NCBI GenBank assembly: GCA_044229445.1 | Contig: JBGASX010000004.1 | Span: 18,165 to 82,164 of the forward strand | Source: Gemmatimonadales bacterium | Lineage (GTDB): Bacteria; Gemmatimonadota; Gemmatimonadetes; Gemmatimonadales; GWC2-71-9 | DNA length: 64,000 bases | Direction of reading: 5' to 3' | Shown here: in pieces, positions 17,019-29,438 of the stretch | Numbering within the stretch: the first letter of the stretch is position 1 | Layout: each line of letters opens with the position of its first letter | Translations under genes and position numbers: made by a program | The notes under the pieces: generated by a model | Seen by the model: only the letters and a program-made list of their open reading frames with translations | What the model was told of the DNA's origin: nothing | The model's database searches: none

Positions 17019-20000
17019 GTGCTGAACGGCATGGTGCGCTTCGCGGTGCGGCGGCCGGGGATCGTCATCGGCCTCGCGCTCACGCTCGTGGTTTACGGCG
17101 CCACCGTGGTCGCGCGCGCGAAGCTGGACGTGTTCCCCGAGTTTGCCCCTCCGCAGGTCTCCATCCAGACCGAAGCACCGGGGCTCTCGCCCGATCAGGT
17201 CGAAGTCCTGGTCACGACCCCCATCGAGAATGCGGTCAACGGCGTCAACGGGCTCGCCGTCATCCGATCGCAGTCGATCCAGGGGCTCTCCGTGATCACG
17301 GTGATCCTCGAGGAAGGCACCGATCTGCTGCGAGCGCGGCAGATGCTCGCCGAGCGGCTGGGCGAACTCACCGGGCAGCTGCCGGCGACGGTGCGTGCGC
17401 CGGTGCTCAGTCCGCTGACGTCCTCGTCCAGCACCGTGCTCGTGCTCGGTATCACGTCATCGACCCGGACCCTGCTGGAGCAGCGGAGCTTCGTCGACTG
17501 GGTGCTGCGCCCTCGGCTGCTCGCGACCCCCGGCGTCGCCAAGGTGGCGGTCTTCGGCGGGGAGGTACGTCAGCTCCAGATTCTGGCGGACCCGAGGCGG
17601 CTGCGATTGCACGGGATGGACCTGACCGACCTCGTGGCGGCCGCGGAGCGATCGACCAATGTGCGCGGTGCGGGAGTCATCGACGATCCCAATCAGCGTC
17701 TCGTCGTGACCGCGGAGGGGCAGCAGCTCACGCCGTCCGCCCTCGGCATGAGCGTCCTCAAGGCCGGGCCGGGCAGCCTCCTCAGGATTCGCGATGTCGC
17801 GGAGGTCAGGGAAGGGGCGGAGACGAAGTTCGGCGACGCCCTCATCAACGGTGGCCCAGGAGTGGCCATCGTCGTCTCGGGGCAGCTGGGCACCAACACC
17901 AAAGAAGTCGCGTCGGCGGTCGACGTGGTATTGCGGGATCTTGGCCCCGAGATCCGTGCTGCTGACCTCGTGCTCCACGATGATCTCTTCCGTCCTGCGG
18001 CCTTCGTCGATCTCGCGGTCCGGAACGTCACGGTCGCGCTGCTGATGGGAGGTGTCCTGGTCGCCGTCGTGCTGCTGCTCTTCCTCTACGACCTGCGTGC
18101 CGCGGCCATTTCGCTCACGGCGATTCCGCTCTCGCTGCTCGCCGCGATCATCGTCCTCGATCGCTTCGGCTTTTCGCTGAATACGCTCACGCTCGGCGGG
18201 CTCGCGATCGCGCTCGGCGAAGTCGTCGACGACGCCATCATCGACGTCGAGAACATCACCCGGCGGCTCCGGCTCAATCGCCGGCTCGCCGACCCTCGTC
18301 CCGCCCGCGAGGTGGTCTGGTCCGCCTCGATCGAGGTGCGGCAGAGCGTGGTCTACGCGACCTTCGTCGTCGCAGTGGTGTTCGCGCCGGTCCTGACGAT
18401 GAGTGGCGTGCAGGGCGCGCTGTTCCGGCCGCTCGGATTCTCCTACATCCTCGCCACCCTCGCCTCGCTGGCCGTGGCGCTGGTCGTCACCCCCGCGCTC
18501 GCGCTCGTGCTGCTGGCGGGCAGGGACCGGGCCTCGCACGAATCCGGCCTGCTGCAGGCCCTGCGCGCCGGATACGAGCGACTGGTGGCGCGGCTCTTCG
18601 GCTTCCCGCGCGCTGTCGCGCTGGTCACCGCCCTCGTCTGTCTCGGGGCGCTCGCCGTCGTGCCGCGCCTCGGCACCAGCTTTCTCCCGGACTTCCGGGA
18701 GGGACACTACGTCGTCCACATGTCGGCGGTCCCCGGTGCCTCACTGGAGGAGTCGCTCCGGCTGGGGCGCATGGTGACCGCGGCCATACAGCGCGATCCG
18801 CGCGTGCTCGCCGTGACGCAGCGCGTTGGCCGCGCCGAGCTCTCCGAAGACACCTGGGGAACGCACTACAGCGAGATCGAGGTCGAGCTCCGGCCGGTGC
18901 AGGGAGAGGCCGCGCGCACCTTCGAGGACAGCCTGCGCGCGCACCTCGCGGGCTTTCCGGGCGTCAGCTTTGCGATCCGCGGATTCCTGACCGAACGGAT
19001 CGAGGAGACGCTCACCGGATCGACCGCCGAGATCGTCGTCCGACTCTTCGGCGAGGATCTCGACAGCCTCGATATCGCGGCGCGCCGGGTGGCGACGATC
19101 GCCCAGGGGATGCGCGGAGCGGCCGATGTGCAGTACGATCCGCCGGCCGTGGTGCCCGGCGCGACCGTACGCCTCCGGGCCGGACCGCTCGCGCGGGCGG
19201 GGCTCGCGGCCGACGACGCCTTGAAGGCGGTCGAGACCGCGACGCGGGGCACCCGGGTCGCGCAGACGTTCGAGGGCAACCGGGCCACCGATGTGGTGGT
19301 GCTGCTCGCGCCTGAGGCGCGGCGGCGCCCGGAGGATCTGCGGAGCCTTCCGCTGCATTCCCCCGATGGGCGCATGGTCAGTCTCGGGCAGGTCGCGGAG
19401 GTCGAGCGGTCGTCCGGCAGGTACCTGATCTCGCACCAGGGTGCGCGCCGGGTTCAGACCGTCACGGCGAACACGATGGGGCGGGACGTCGCCGACTTCG
19501 CGGATGAGCTGGGGCGGCGGCTGCAGGCGCCGGCAGTGCTCCCGGTCTCGGTCTATGCGGAGCTTGCGGGCACCGCCGAGGCCCAGCGCTCGGCGCAGCG
19601 GGAGCTGTTGCTCCACAGCCTCCTGGTGGGGGCCTTCATCGTGCTGCTGCTGTGGCTCGCCTTCGGTGAGGCAGGGCGCCTGACACTGGTCCTGGTCAAC
19701 CTCCCCTTCGCCCTGGTCGGTGGCGTTATTGCCGTGCTGCTCGGCGGCGCGACACTCTCGTTAGGGTCGCTCGTCGGGTTCGTGACGCTGTTCGGCATCG
19801 CGACCCGGAACGCGGTGATGCTGATCTCGCACTACGATCATCTGGTACGGGTCGAAGGGCGGGAGTGGGGGGCGGCCACCGCGCTGCAGGGGGCCAGCGA
19901 GCGCCTCGGTCCGATCCTGATGACGGCGTTGGTGACGGGGCTGGCGCTGCTCCCGCTGGCGCTTGGCAGTGGCGATCCCGGACGGGAGATCGAAGGCCCC

Positions 20001-20120
20001 ATGGCCATCGTCATCCTGGGCGGGCTCGCGACGTCGACCCTGCTCAGCCTGTTCGTGCTGCCGACGCTGGCACTTCGCTTCGCCCGGTTTGCGGCGGACG
20101 AGGAAGGGTCGCCGCCCTGA
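17019..20120 (+). CDS. RND efflux permease, CusA/CzcA (heavy-metal efflux) family
   Basis: About 1030 aa with 12-TM RND topology. N-terminus VRFAVRRPGIVIGLALTLVVYG..LDVFPEF and conserved ALGEVVDDAIIDVEN. The start is taken at GTG 17019 (ATG 17031 possible); the track start at 16950 overlaps the MFP gene. Confidence 0.9.
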   Translation: MLNGMVRFAVRRPGIVIGLALTLVVYGATVVARAKLDVFPEFAPPQVSIQTEAPGLSPDQVEVLVTTPIENAVNGVNGLAVIRSQSIQGLSVITVILEEGTDLLRARQMLAERLGELTGQLPATVRAPVLSPLTSSSSTVLVLGITSSTRTLLEQRSFVDWVLRPRLLATPGVAKVAVFGGEVRQLQILADPRRLRLHGMDLTDLVAAAERSTNVRGAGVIDDPNQRLVVTAEGQQLTPSALGMSVLKAGPGSLLRIRDVAEVREGAETKFGDALINGGPGVAIVVSGQLGTNTKEVASAVDVVLRDLGPEIRAADLVLHDDLFRPAAFVDLAVRNVTVALLMGGVLVAVVLLLFLYDLRAAAISLTAIPLSLLAAIIVLDRFGFSLNTLTLGGLAIALGEVVDDAIIDVENITRRLRLNRRLADPRPAREVVWSASIEVRQSVVYATFVVAVVFAPVLTMSGVQGALFRPLGFSYILATLASLAVALVVTPALALVLLAGRDRASHESGLLQALRAGYERLVARLFGFPRAVALVTALVCLGALAVVPRLGTSFLPDFREGHYVVHMSAVPGASLEESLRLGRMVTAAIQRDPRVLAVTQRVGRAELSEDTWGTHYSEIEVELRPVQGEAARTFEDSLRAHLAGFPGVSFAIRGFLTERIEETLTGSTAEIVVRLFGEDLDSLDIAARRVATIAQGMRGAADVQYDPPAVVPGATVRLRAGPLARAGLAADDALKAVETATRGTRVAQTFEGNRATDVVVLLAPEARRRPEDLRSLPLHSPDGRMVSLGQVAEVERSSGRYLISHQGARRVQTVTANTMGRDVADFADELGRRLQAPAVLPVSVYAELAGTAEAQRSAQRELLLHSLLVGAFIVLLLWLAFGEAGRLTLVLVNLPFALVGGVIAVLLGGATLSLGSLVGFVTLFGIATRNAVMLISHYDHLVRVEGREWGAATALQGASERLGPILMTALVTGLALLPLALGSGDPGREIEGPMAIVILGGLATSTLLSLFVLPTLALRFARFAADEEGSPP

Positions 20121-21339
20121 CGGACGCGGGGGCCTCATCCCGTTCGCGGAGCAGCCAGCGAATGTGGGCCCGCTGTAGATGATAGATCCCGCCGCCGTAC
20201 ATCGTCGTTCCCACCGCCAGGCCCCAGCGCAGCAGACTCGCGCCCGCACCGGGATGCAGCGCCGCGACGACCTCGAGCAGTGTCGAGACCGCAACGCCCC
20301 AGGCGGCGATGGCCAGGGCGGAATGGATGAAGGCCTGCTCGCGCCGGCCCCGATACTCCGCGACCGCGTAGCCCAGGACGGTGAAGGCGGCGAGGTGCTC
20401 GAGCGCCCGGAGGATCCGCATCGTGTCGGCCGATCCCCAGAATCCCATCAGTCCGGCCTCGCCATGCCATGGCGTCACGGCGGACCAGGGCGGCCAGCCG
20501 GCGAGGCAGAGGAGATACAATCCCAGCACGGGGGCCAGCCGGCGGAGCGTTTCGCCTTCGAAGCGTCGGTCACCACGCAGATCCTCGCGGGCCCAGCCGG
20601 CGGACCAGAGTCCCGTCGCGAGTCCGACGATGCCAGCCGTCACGAGCACGGTGAGCGGGTGTTCGGTGAGGCCCGGGATCGCGCCCACCAGATACCAGCC
20701 CGCCGCGAGGAGGGAGAAGCGAGTGCAGCTGACGGTGCCTGCCGGTGAGAAGCGATTCCGGTAGATGGCGCCGAGGACGATCGCGCCGACGAGCCCAAGC
20801 ACTACCGAGAGGCCCATCCGGGCCGGCTCACCTGCGGCGGCGAGTCCGCTCAGCCACAGCAGCGGGACCAGCAGATACACCAGGCCCATGAGCGGCAGTT
20901 CGAGCGCGAGCGCTCCGATCAGGGCAGGGGTGAGGCGAATCCGTCGCACGATCACGTCGTGCGCAACCGCGCCGACCCAGGCGCCGAGGCCGTTGGTGAT
21001 GACATCGAGCGGGGAGCTGAACCGCGAGGGGAGGAAGAGCTGAGTGGCTTCGATGAGGGCACTGAATGCCATCCCCCAGAGGAGCGGGCGGAGCGCCCAC
21101 CGGTCCCGCCCGGTCTCGTGCGTGAGCCGGAAGAGGAATCCGAGCGGGAGGAACATGGCGATGTTCGCGATGGCATCGGACAGACTGCCGCCCCACAACA
21201 TCCCGTGCCGGATCTCCCCGCTGAAGTCGAAGGGCACCAGCGTGACAAGAACGACGACGCCGACGAGATAGCCGAGAAAGGCGCTGGCGAGGCGGGAACC
21301 GGTTCGGGAGGCCATGGCAGTTGCCTCCAGTATCGGCAC
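20044..21339 (-). CDS. VanZ-like domain membrane protein with extended multi-TM C-terminal region
   Basis: The N-terminal ~130 aa (LVTLVPFDF..NIAMFLPLGFLF..EATQLFLPSRFSSPLDVITNGLGAWVG) matches the VanZ-family pattern, followed by at least 6 further hydrophobic helices. The 3' end overlaps the czcA-like 3' end. Confidence 0.6.
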   Translation of the reverse strand: MPILEATAMASRTGSRLASAFLGYLVGVVVLVTLVPFDFSGEIRHGMLWGGSLSDAIANIAMFLPLGFLFRLTHETGRDRWALRPLLWGMAFSALIEATQLFLPSRFSSPLDVITNGLGAWVGAVAHDVIVRRIRLTPALIGALALELPLMGLVYLLVPLLWLSGLAAAGEPARMGLSVVLGLVGAIVLGAIYRNRFSPAGTVSCTRFSLLAAGWYLVGAIPGLTEHPLTVLVTAGIVGLATGLWSAGWAREDLRGDRRFEGETLRRLAPVLGLYLLCLAGWPPWSAVTPWHGEAGLMGFWGSADTMRILRALEHLAAFTVLGYAVAEYRGRREQAFIHSALAIAAWGVAVSTLLEVVAALHPGAGASLLRWGLAVGTTMYGGGIYHLQRAHIRWLLRERDEAPASVRAATLPRPPQTGRSEVPASAARTG

Positions 21340-21363
21340 CGCAGGCCTGGGAGCTGAGCGTGG

Positions 21364-23064
21364 TCAGGCCGTGGACGGATCGAAGCGTTCGAAGCGTTCG
21401 CCGAGCCAGTCGAGGAGGAGGAAGGCCTCGAGGGCGAGTGCCGAGCCCGCGAGGAGGAGGGCCGGCACCAGGGACCAGGCGTCGAGTCGGGTCCAGAGCA
21501 GATAGGCAAGACCACCCGCGGCCAGCGCGGGGCCGAGTGCCGCGACGGCGAGCAGCAGAAAGGAGACGCCGGCCGTCAGCAGGTGCTGGCCCACCTGCTC
21601 GATTCCACCGGGACGAATTTCGGTCCGGACCCAGGCGGGATAGAGCAGTGCCCCGCCATTCTGGATGCAGAGCGCGACCACATTCAGCGCGACGAGCACC
21701 AGCATGGCGGGAATCAGCACCACCGCCAGTTGAGTCGCGGAGAGGTAGGTCGTCGCATCGCCCCACAGACCGACCAGGGCGAAGGCGGCGAGGAGCAGCT
21801 GGAGCGTGGTCAGGACGAACGCGGAGGAGAAGACCTGGCCCGCCATTACGACCATCCCCGACAGGGGCCAGGTGCGGAGCAGACTCAGCTGCTCCAGTTC
21901 ACCACGGAGATCGATGCGCACCCACTGCGGACCCAGCACGCTGAGGACGACGACCCAGGTAAGCGCCATCGTTCCGAACACTCGCAGGATCGCGGGGTCC
22001 TCCCGGCTTTCGATCATGACGACGGCCATGCTGACGCTGGCGATGATCCCGATCATCACGAGGAATCCGGGACTGAGCGTGCGAACCAGCCGGGTGACGT
22101 TCTTCCAGACGATGGCAGCGATGGGATGACCGCTGGACGAGAGCTGCACCCAGTAGCGGGTGCGCCGCGGCGCCATGGACGCTCCTGCACCCTGCCGTTT
22201 CCAGCGGTCGAGCCGTGCCGCGCGACGCGCGCTGGCCTCGAGCGCCGCCTCCTCGAAGGCTCGGTCGGCACGGATCACCCAGAGCAGGTGCAAGCCCAGG
22301 AGGCCGAGTGCGGCCAGCGCCGCGCGAATCCATTCCGGAACCGTCGTGGCGGCCAATGGCGCGATCGGGATGCGGAACGGCCGCACGACATAGCGGAGGG
22401 GGGCCGTCTCGAGGAGGCGGTGAATGGCGCCCGGAATTCCCTCGGGCCGACTCGACCAGGGCCCCGCGGGCAGTCCCTGCAGGGTGGCCCAGGTCACGCC
22501 GGCGACGGCGGCCACGAGAAGCAGGATCGGCCAGCTCTTCCGGAGCCCCGCCGTGCCGTGAGTCGTGGCGTTGTCACGGGTCAGCGCGACGCCGAGCCGA
22601 TGGAGGAAGAGCGTATCGAAGAGGATCCAGAGGCTGAGCGCATGAAATGCCGTGCCCAGCGGGTGATTGTCCCCGCGCCGCAGCAGAAAGGTCCATACCA
22701 GCACGTTGACGAGAATGAGCGGCTGCGCCCGCAGCACCTTGTATTGCAGCAGGGCGGCGCGGCTCACCGGCGCCGGAAAGAAGAAGTGGATCTCCGCCGG
22801 GGTGAAGGCGAGGGCGGTTCGGTCCGCACCAAGCACCCACCACTTGAGCACCAGCGCCATCACGAGCAGCGACCCGCCCGACGCGATCGCGGGCGCCGGA
22901 AGCCCCGCTGAAGTGCCATGCCGCTGGCCGAAGAGGACCAGCGCGAGGTAGCCGAGGCCGAGCAGGAGGGCGAAGACGTAGCGCGGACTGCGCAGACGCG
23001 AGGTGACACCCCGCATCCGGTTGCGCAGGGAATGCAGGAGCAGGAACAGCGCGGCGTCCCTCAC
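21364..23064 (-). CDS. Large polytopic membrane protein, putative permease partner of the upstream ABC ATPase
   Basis: 566 aa with many hydrophobic helices and a 4-nt overlap with the ABC ATPase stop. The N-terminus MRDAALFLLLHSLRNRMRG.. resembles the 'putative ABC exporter' family as I recall it (not verifiable here). Confidence 0.55.
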   Translation of the reverse strand: MRDAALFLLLHSLRNRMRGVTSRLRSPRYVFALLLGLGYLALVLFGQRHGTSAGLPAPAIASGGSLLVMALVLKWWVLGADRTALAFTPAEIHFFFPAPVSRAALLQYKVLRAQPLILVNVLVWTFLLRRGDNHPLGTAFHALSLWILFDTLFLHRLGVALTRDNATTHGTAGLRKSWPILLLVAAVAGVTWATLQGLPAGPWSSRPEGIPGAIHRLLETAPLRYVVRPFRIPIAPLAATTVPEWIRAALAALGLLGLHLLWVIRADRAFEEAALEASARRAARLDRWKRQGAGASMAPRRTRYWVQLSSSGHPIAAIVWKNVTRLVRTLSPGFLVMIGIIASVSMAVVMIESREDPAILRVFGTMALTWVVVLSVLGPQWVRIDLRGELEQLSLLRTWPLSGMVVMAGQVFSSAFVLTTLQLLLAAFALVGLWGDATTYLSATQLAVVLIPAMLVLVALNVVALCIQNGGALLYPAWVRTEIRPGGIEQVGQHLLTAGVSFLLLAVAALGPALAAGGLAYLLWTRLDAWSLVPALLLAGSALALEAFLLLDWLGERFERFDPSTA

Positions 23065-23798
23065 GCGGTCGGCTCGTCCGAGTGACCGGTCAGCGAGAGG
23101 AAGATCTCCTCCAGCCCCCGGCCTGAGAGTTCCGGACGGCCGGCGGCGATCTCGGCGACCGAGCCGAGCGCGACCATCCTCCCGCCCTGGATGATGAGTA
23201 CCTTGGTGCAGATCTCCTCGACCAGGGACAGCAGGTGGGAACTCAGGATCACCGCGGCCCCCCCGTGGGCGCGTGCAGCGATCGTCCGCTTCATGCGGCG
23301 GATGCCGACCGGATCGAGCCCGGTCAGCGGTTCATCCAGCATGAGCGCCTGCGGGTCGTGGAGCAGCCCGCAGGCGATGGCGAGCTTCTGTTTCATGCCG
23401 CGGGAAAGTTCGCTGGCGAGCGCATCCCGCTTGTCGGTCAGCTCGAGCTCCTCGAGGAGGGCATCGATCCGGGAGGTGCTGCCCGGCTTCCGGTACAGTC
23501 TGGCCGTGAACTGCAGATGTTCGGTGACGGTCAGGTACTCGAAGAGCTGTGGCTCATCGGGGATGAAGGAGAGAGCCCGCTTTGCCTCGAGTGGACGCTC
23601 GGCGAGGAAGTGTCCCGCGATCCGGATCGAGCCACGGGTCGGCTGGATAATGCCGGCCAGACTTCGGAGGGTGCTGGTCTTGCCGGCACCGTTCGGTCCG
23701 ACGAGACCGAGGATCTCGCCGCTGGCGACGCTGAACGACAGCCCTTGCACGGCCATGAGGGGCCCGTACAGCTTCGTAAGACCATCGACTTCGATCAT
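23061..23798 (-). CDS. ABC transporter ATP-binding protein
   Basis: Walker [10 protein letters not shown], signature LSRGMKQKL, Walker B LMLDEPLTGLD and H-loop SSHLL. The start is taken at MIEVDGLTKLYG (23798), not the track start at 23903. Confidence 0.9.
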   Translation of the reverse strand: MIEVDGLTKLYGPLMAVQGLSFSVASGEILGLVGPNGAGKTSTLRSLAGIIQPTRGSIRIAGHFLAERPLEAKRALSFIPDEPQLFEYLTVTEHLQFTARLYRKPGSTSRIDALLEELELTDKRDALASELSRGMKQKLAIACGLLHDPQALMLDEPLTGLDPVGIRRMKRTIAARAHGGAAVILSSHLLSLVEEICTKVLIIQGGRMVALGSVAEIAAGRPELSGRGLEEIFLSLTGHSDEPTA

Positions 23799-23901
23799 CC
23801 TCGGTTGGCTCCGATCCGGCCGCTGGCTGAAACCTCCACCCTGCAGGCCACGTCTCTGTGTGGAACGCCACCACTTCCCGGGTTCGTCCCCGGAGCAGGC
23901 C

Positions 23902-24885
23902 ATGAGAAACTACTGGATCAAGATCGCTGCGGGCGCCTTCGGCATCTTCGCCGTCGGCATGCTGGTCATCACCGGCCTGCGGGCCGTGAAGTCTAAGGTT
24001 ACCACCACCCTCAACAGCAATGACCCTATCCCGATTCCGCTGATCGGACTGGTGCCGTTTCGGGTAGACAGCGCCAAGCTTGGCAGCGTGACCAGGGTCG
24101 AGTTTCTGCGCTCGGACCCCGAGCACGTCTCCGGCGTCCGGGTCCTCGTCAAGCTGGCGGACAGCATCGCCCAGGACCGCCTCCGCGCCTGCACGCTCGC
24201 CCTCCATAGTCTCGACAACATCGACGAAAAGACCACCTTCCAGTGCCAGGCCAATGGTGCTGCGCTCGGGGACCTGCAACCATTCGGCACGGTGGTGGTG
24301 CGGCGGATGGGCGGGTCGGACACCCTCGCGCTGCTCCTGCCCGGGAAGGCGGTCACCGACCTGCAGGGCACCCGGATTCGCGTCAACGGCCACGGCATCC
24401 AGATCAGCGGCCCGGAGGATCCGATCGCGGACATGATGGAGGCCCGCACCGACTCGATGCACGAACTCCTCGATGAGCGGGTCGATGCCCGCTCCGATTC
24501 GGTGGATGAACTCAAGGACCTCGCCAGCACCCTCGAGGACTCGGCCTCCCGCCTCTCGACTGGGGCACGCCGGCGGGTCCAGGCCTCGGGGGACTCGGTC
24601 CGGGCCGTGATGCGCGCGATGGTCGACCGGATGCAGGCCGACCGGATGCGGATGGAGGCGATCGAGCACGTGCGCGGCCTCAGCATTGCGCAGCGGGACT
24701 CCCTGGCCAACCTCGGGCCCGCACTGCACGACTCCGTTCAGGCGCAGGTGGCTCGGGAAATGGTCCGGATGCGCGCCGAACTCGAGAAGGCGCTTCCGGA
24801 GGCCTCCTCGACCTCGAAAGCCACGCCGGCTCCCCCCAGCCCGCCAGCGCCACCCAAGTCCGCCGCCAGGGTTCGCGTGAACTGA
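23902..24885 (+). CDS. Hypothetical membrane-anchored protein with helical/coiled C-terminal half and Pro-rich tail
   Basis: An ATG at 23902 gives MRNYWIKIAAGAFGIFAVGMLVITGL (N-terminal anchor). The upstream part of the track ORF is antisense to the ABC ATPase. G/C-rich third positions. No family recognised. Confidence 0.5.
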   Translation: MRNYWIKIAAGAFGIFAVGMLVITGLRAVKSKVTTTLNSNDPIPIPLIGLVPFRVDSAKLGSVTRVEFLRSDPEHVSGVRVLVKLADSIAQDRLRACTLALHSLDNIDEKTTFQCQANGAALGDLQPFGTVVVRRMGGSDTLALLLPGKAVTDLQGTRIRVNGHGIQISGPEDPIADMMEARTDSMHELLDERVDARSDSVDELKDLASTLEDSASRLSTGARRRVQASGDSVRAVMRAMVDRMQADRMRMEAIEHVRGLSIAQRDSLANLGPALHDSVQAQVAREMVRMRAELEKALPEASSTSKATPAPPSPPAPPKSAARVRVN

Positions 24886-24938
24886 CGGGGAGCAGGGTCG
24901 GGCCTCCCGCGGGGCGCATTCTCGTGTAATTTGCGCCC

Positions 24939-25553
24939 ATGCTCCTCGTCCTCGACAACTACGACAGCTTCACCTACAACCTGGTGCAGTACGTCGGTGA
25001 ACTGGGCGCCGATCCGGTGGTCTACCGGAACGACGCCCTTTCCACTGCCGACGCCTTGGCGCTGCGTCCCGAGGCGATCATCATCTCGCCAGGACCGGGG
25101 GAGCCGAATGCTGCCGGGATCTCGATCCCCCTGATTCGCGCCGCCGCCGGCAGGATCCCGGTGCTGGGTGTCTGTCTCGGGCACCAGGCCATGGGTGAGG
25201 CGTTCGGGGGGCGGGTGGTGCGTGCGGGCCGCCTCATGCATGGGAAGACGACGGAGGTCAGCCACCTCGGCGATGGGATCTTCGAAGGCGTCGCCAACCC
25301 GCTGACGGTCATGCGCTACCACTCGCTGGTCGTTTCGGCCGAGGACTTCCCGGCGGAACTCGAGATGACCGCCTGGTCTCTGGACCGTCCCCGGGGGCAG
25401 GAAATCATGGCGCTCCGCCACCGAGTCCACCCCCTGTACGGGGTGCAATTCCACCCCGAATCGATCGCCACTGAGCGCGGAAAGACCCTACTCCAGAACT
25501 TCCTCCGGCTCGCCGCCGCCTTTCGGGCCGACCGCCACGCCGCGATAGCCTAA
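24939..25553 (+). CDS. trpG: Glutamine amidotransferase component II of anthranilate / aminodeoxychorismate synthase
   Basis: [18 protein letters not shown], catalytic GVCLGHQ, and the HPES motif near the C-terminus. It could equally be pabA. Confidence 0.9.
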   Translation: MLLVLDNYDSFTYNLVQYVGELGADPVVYRNDALSTADALALRPEAIIISPGPGEPNAAGISIPLIRAAAGRIPVLGVCLGHQAMGEAFGGRVVRAGRLMHGKTTEVSHLGDGIFEGVANPLTVMRYHSLVVSAEDFPAELEMTAWSLDRPRGQEIMALRHRVHPLYGVQFHPESIATERGKTLLQNFLRLAAAFRADRHAAIA

Positions 25554-25615
25554 CCATTTGACATACCAGCGTATAGCTGGTACCCGCCCGGCTGTAAATC
25601 CCTCCGGCATGACTT

Positions 25616-25644
25616 TTGACAGGACCGGCCGGCGTTATTACGTT
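25616..25644 (+). promoter_or_regulatory. Sigma-70-like promoter candidate for kdsB (TTGACA-17 nt-TACGTT)
   Basis: A perfect -35 hexamer at 25616-25621, a 17-nt spacer and a weak -10 at 25639-25644. The -10 ends only 5 nt before the kdsB ATG (25650), implying a leaderless or near-leaderless mRNA. Confidence 0.3.
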
Positions 25645-25649
25645 CGGAA

Positions 25650-28056
<2,407 letters not shown>

Positions 28057-28057
<1 letters not shown>

Positions 28058-28881
28058 TGCCCTGGTCCTTCGGCAGGGCTCCGCTGCTGATCGCGGGGCC
28101 CTGTGCGGTCGAGAGCGATGCCGTGCTCGACCAGGTGGCCGATACGCTGGCGGGGATCGGGATCCGTCTCGGCATCCCGGTCTGCTTCAAGGCGAGCTTC
28201 GATAAGGCGAATCGTGCGCGGGTGGACGCGGCGCGGGGGCCCGGGCTCGAGGCGGGGCTCGCGGCGCTGCAGCGGATCAAGCGGCTCGCCGGCTTGCCGG
28301 TGCTCACGGATGTCCACGAGGCGGCGCAGGCCCGTGTGGCGGCCGAGGTGGTGGATGCGCTGCAGATCCCGGCATTCCTCTGTCGGCAAACCGATTTGCT
28401 CCTCGCCGCGGGGGCAACTGGTCTTCCGGTGAATGTGAAGAAGGGTCAGTGGATGGCGCCCGAGGCGATGGCGGGCGCCGCCGACAAGGTGCGCGAGGGG
28501 GGAAGCCGGGATCTTGCGGTCACCGAGCGCGGCACCGCCTTCGGCTACGGGGATCTGATCGTCGACATGCGCAGCTTCGCCCGGATGCGCGCGGCGACGG
28601 GAGCGGCGGTGCTGTTCGATGCGACGCATGCGGTCCAGCAGCCGGGGCAGGGACCGGGCGGGTCGAGTGGTGGGGGCCGGGAGCATGTGCCTGCATTGCT
28701 CGCGGCGGCGGCGGCGGCCGGGGCGGACGGGTTCTTCATCGAGACCCATCCCGATCCGGCGCGCGCCATCAGCGACTCGGCGACCCAGTGGCCGCTCGAG
28801 CGCCTGGAAGATCTGGTCGCACGGACCCTGGAGGTCTGGCACGCCGGGCAGCGGGTCGTCGAGCCGCGGCCGTCGCGATGA
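28057..28881 (+). CDS. kdsA: 2-dehydro-3-deoxyphosphooctonate aldolase (Kdo8P synthase)
   Basis: The ATG at 28057 overlaps the pyrG stop by 1 nt. LIAGPCAVES, KASFDKANR, IPAFLCRQTDLL, VKKGQ, DATHAVQ. Confidence 0.9.
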
Positions 28882-29438
28882 TCGACAGCGCCGTCGCGAA
28901 GCGGATCAAGCTGATCGGCCTCGACGTGGATGGGGTCGTGACCAACAACTCCGTGTACCTCGGACTGGTCGCGGGGGAACGGGTCGAGTTCAAGCAGTTC
29001 GATATCCAGGATGGCCTCGCGATGGGGCTGGCACGGCGGATGGGCTTCGTCGTGGCCTGGGTGAGCGGACGCTACTCGGATGCAACGACGCTGCGTGCGT
29101 CCGAATTGCGGATCGATGAAGTGATTCAGGATCGCGGCGCGCGGAAGGTGCCCGCGATGACCGAGATGCTGCTCCGGCGGGGGATCGGCTGGGAGGAAGT
29201 CGCTTTTCTCGGCGATGACCTGGCCGACGTGCCAGTGCTGCGCCGGGTCGGCCTCCCGCTGGCGGTCGCCAATGGCGTCGACGAAGTGAAGCAACTCGCC
29301 GCCTACACCACCCAGGCGAGCGGCGGGCATGGGGCGGTGCGAGAGGCGATCGAACTGCTGCTCAAGGCGCAGGGACGGTGGGACGAGGCGGTGCGGGTCT
29401 ATCTCGAAGATCGGGGAGAGACGGCAAATGGCCGGTAA
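28878..29438 (+). CDS. kdsC: Kdo 8-phosphate phosphatase (HAD superfamily)
   Basis: ATGA overlap with kdsA. LIGLDVDGVVT (HAD motif I), FLGDDLADVPVL, GGHGAVRE. Confidence 0.85.
   Translation: MIDSAVAKRIKLIGLDVDGVVTNNSVYLGLVAGERVEFKQFDIQDGLAMGLARRMGFVVAWVSGRYSDATTLRASELRIDEVIQDRGARKVPAMTEMLLRRGIGWEEVAFLGDDLADVPVLRRVGLPLAVANGVDEVKQLAAYTTQASGGHGAVREAIELLLKAQGRWDEAVRVYLEDRGETANGR

Noticed and set aside
13791-20120. xerD followed by czcCBA-type efflux genes as a possible integrative or mobile metal-resistance island.
   Set aside because: The recombinase has housekeeping XerD features and its GTG overlaps the stop of the preceding core gene. There are no flanking direct repeats, tRNA target, transposase or GC/codon shift that I can see.
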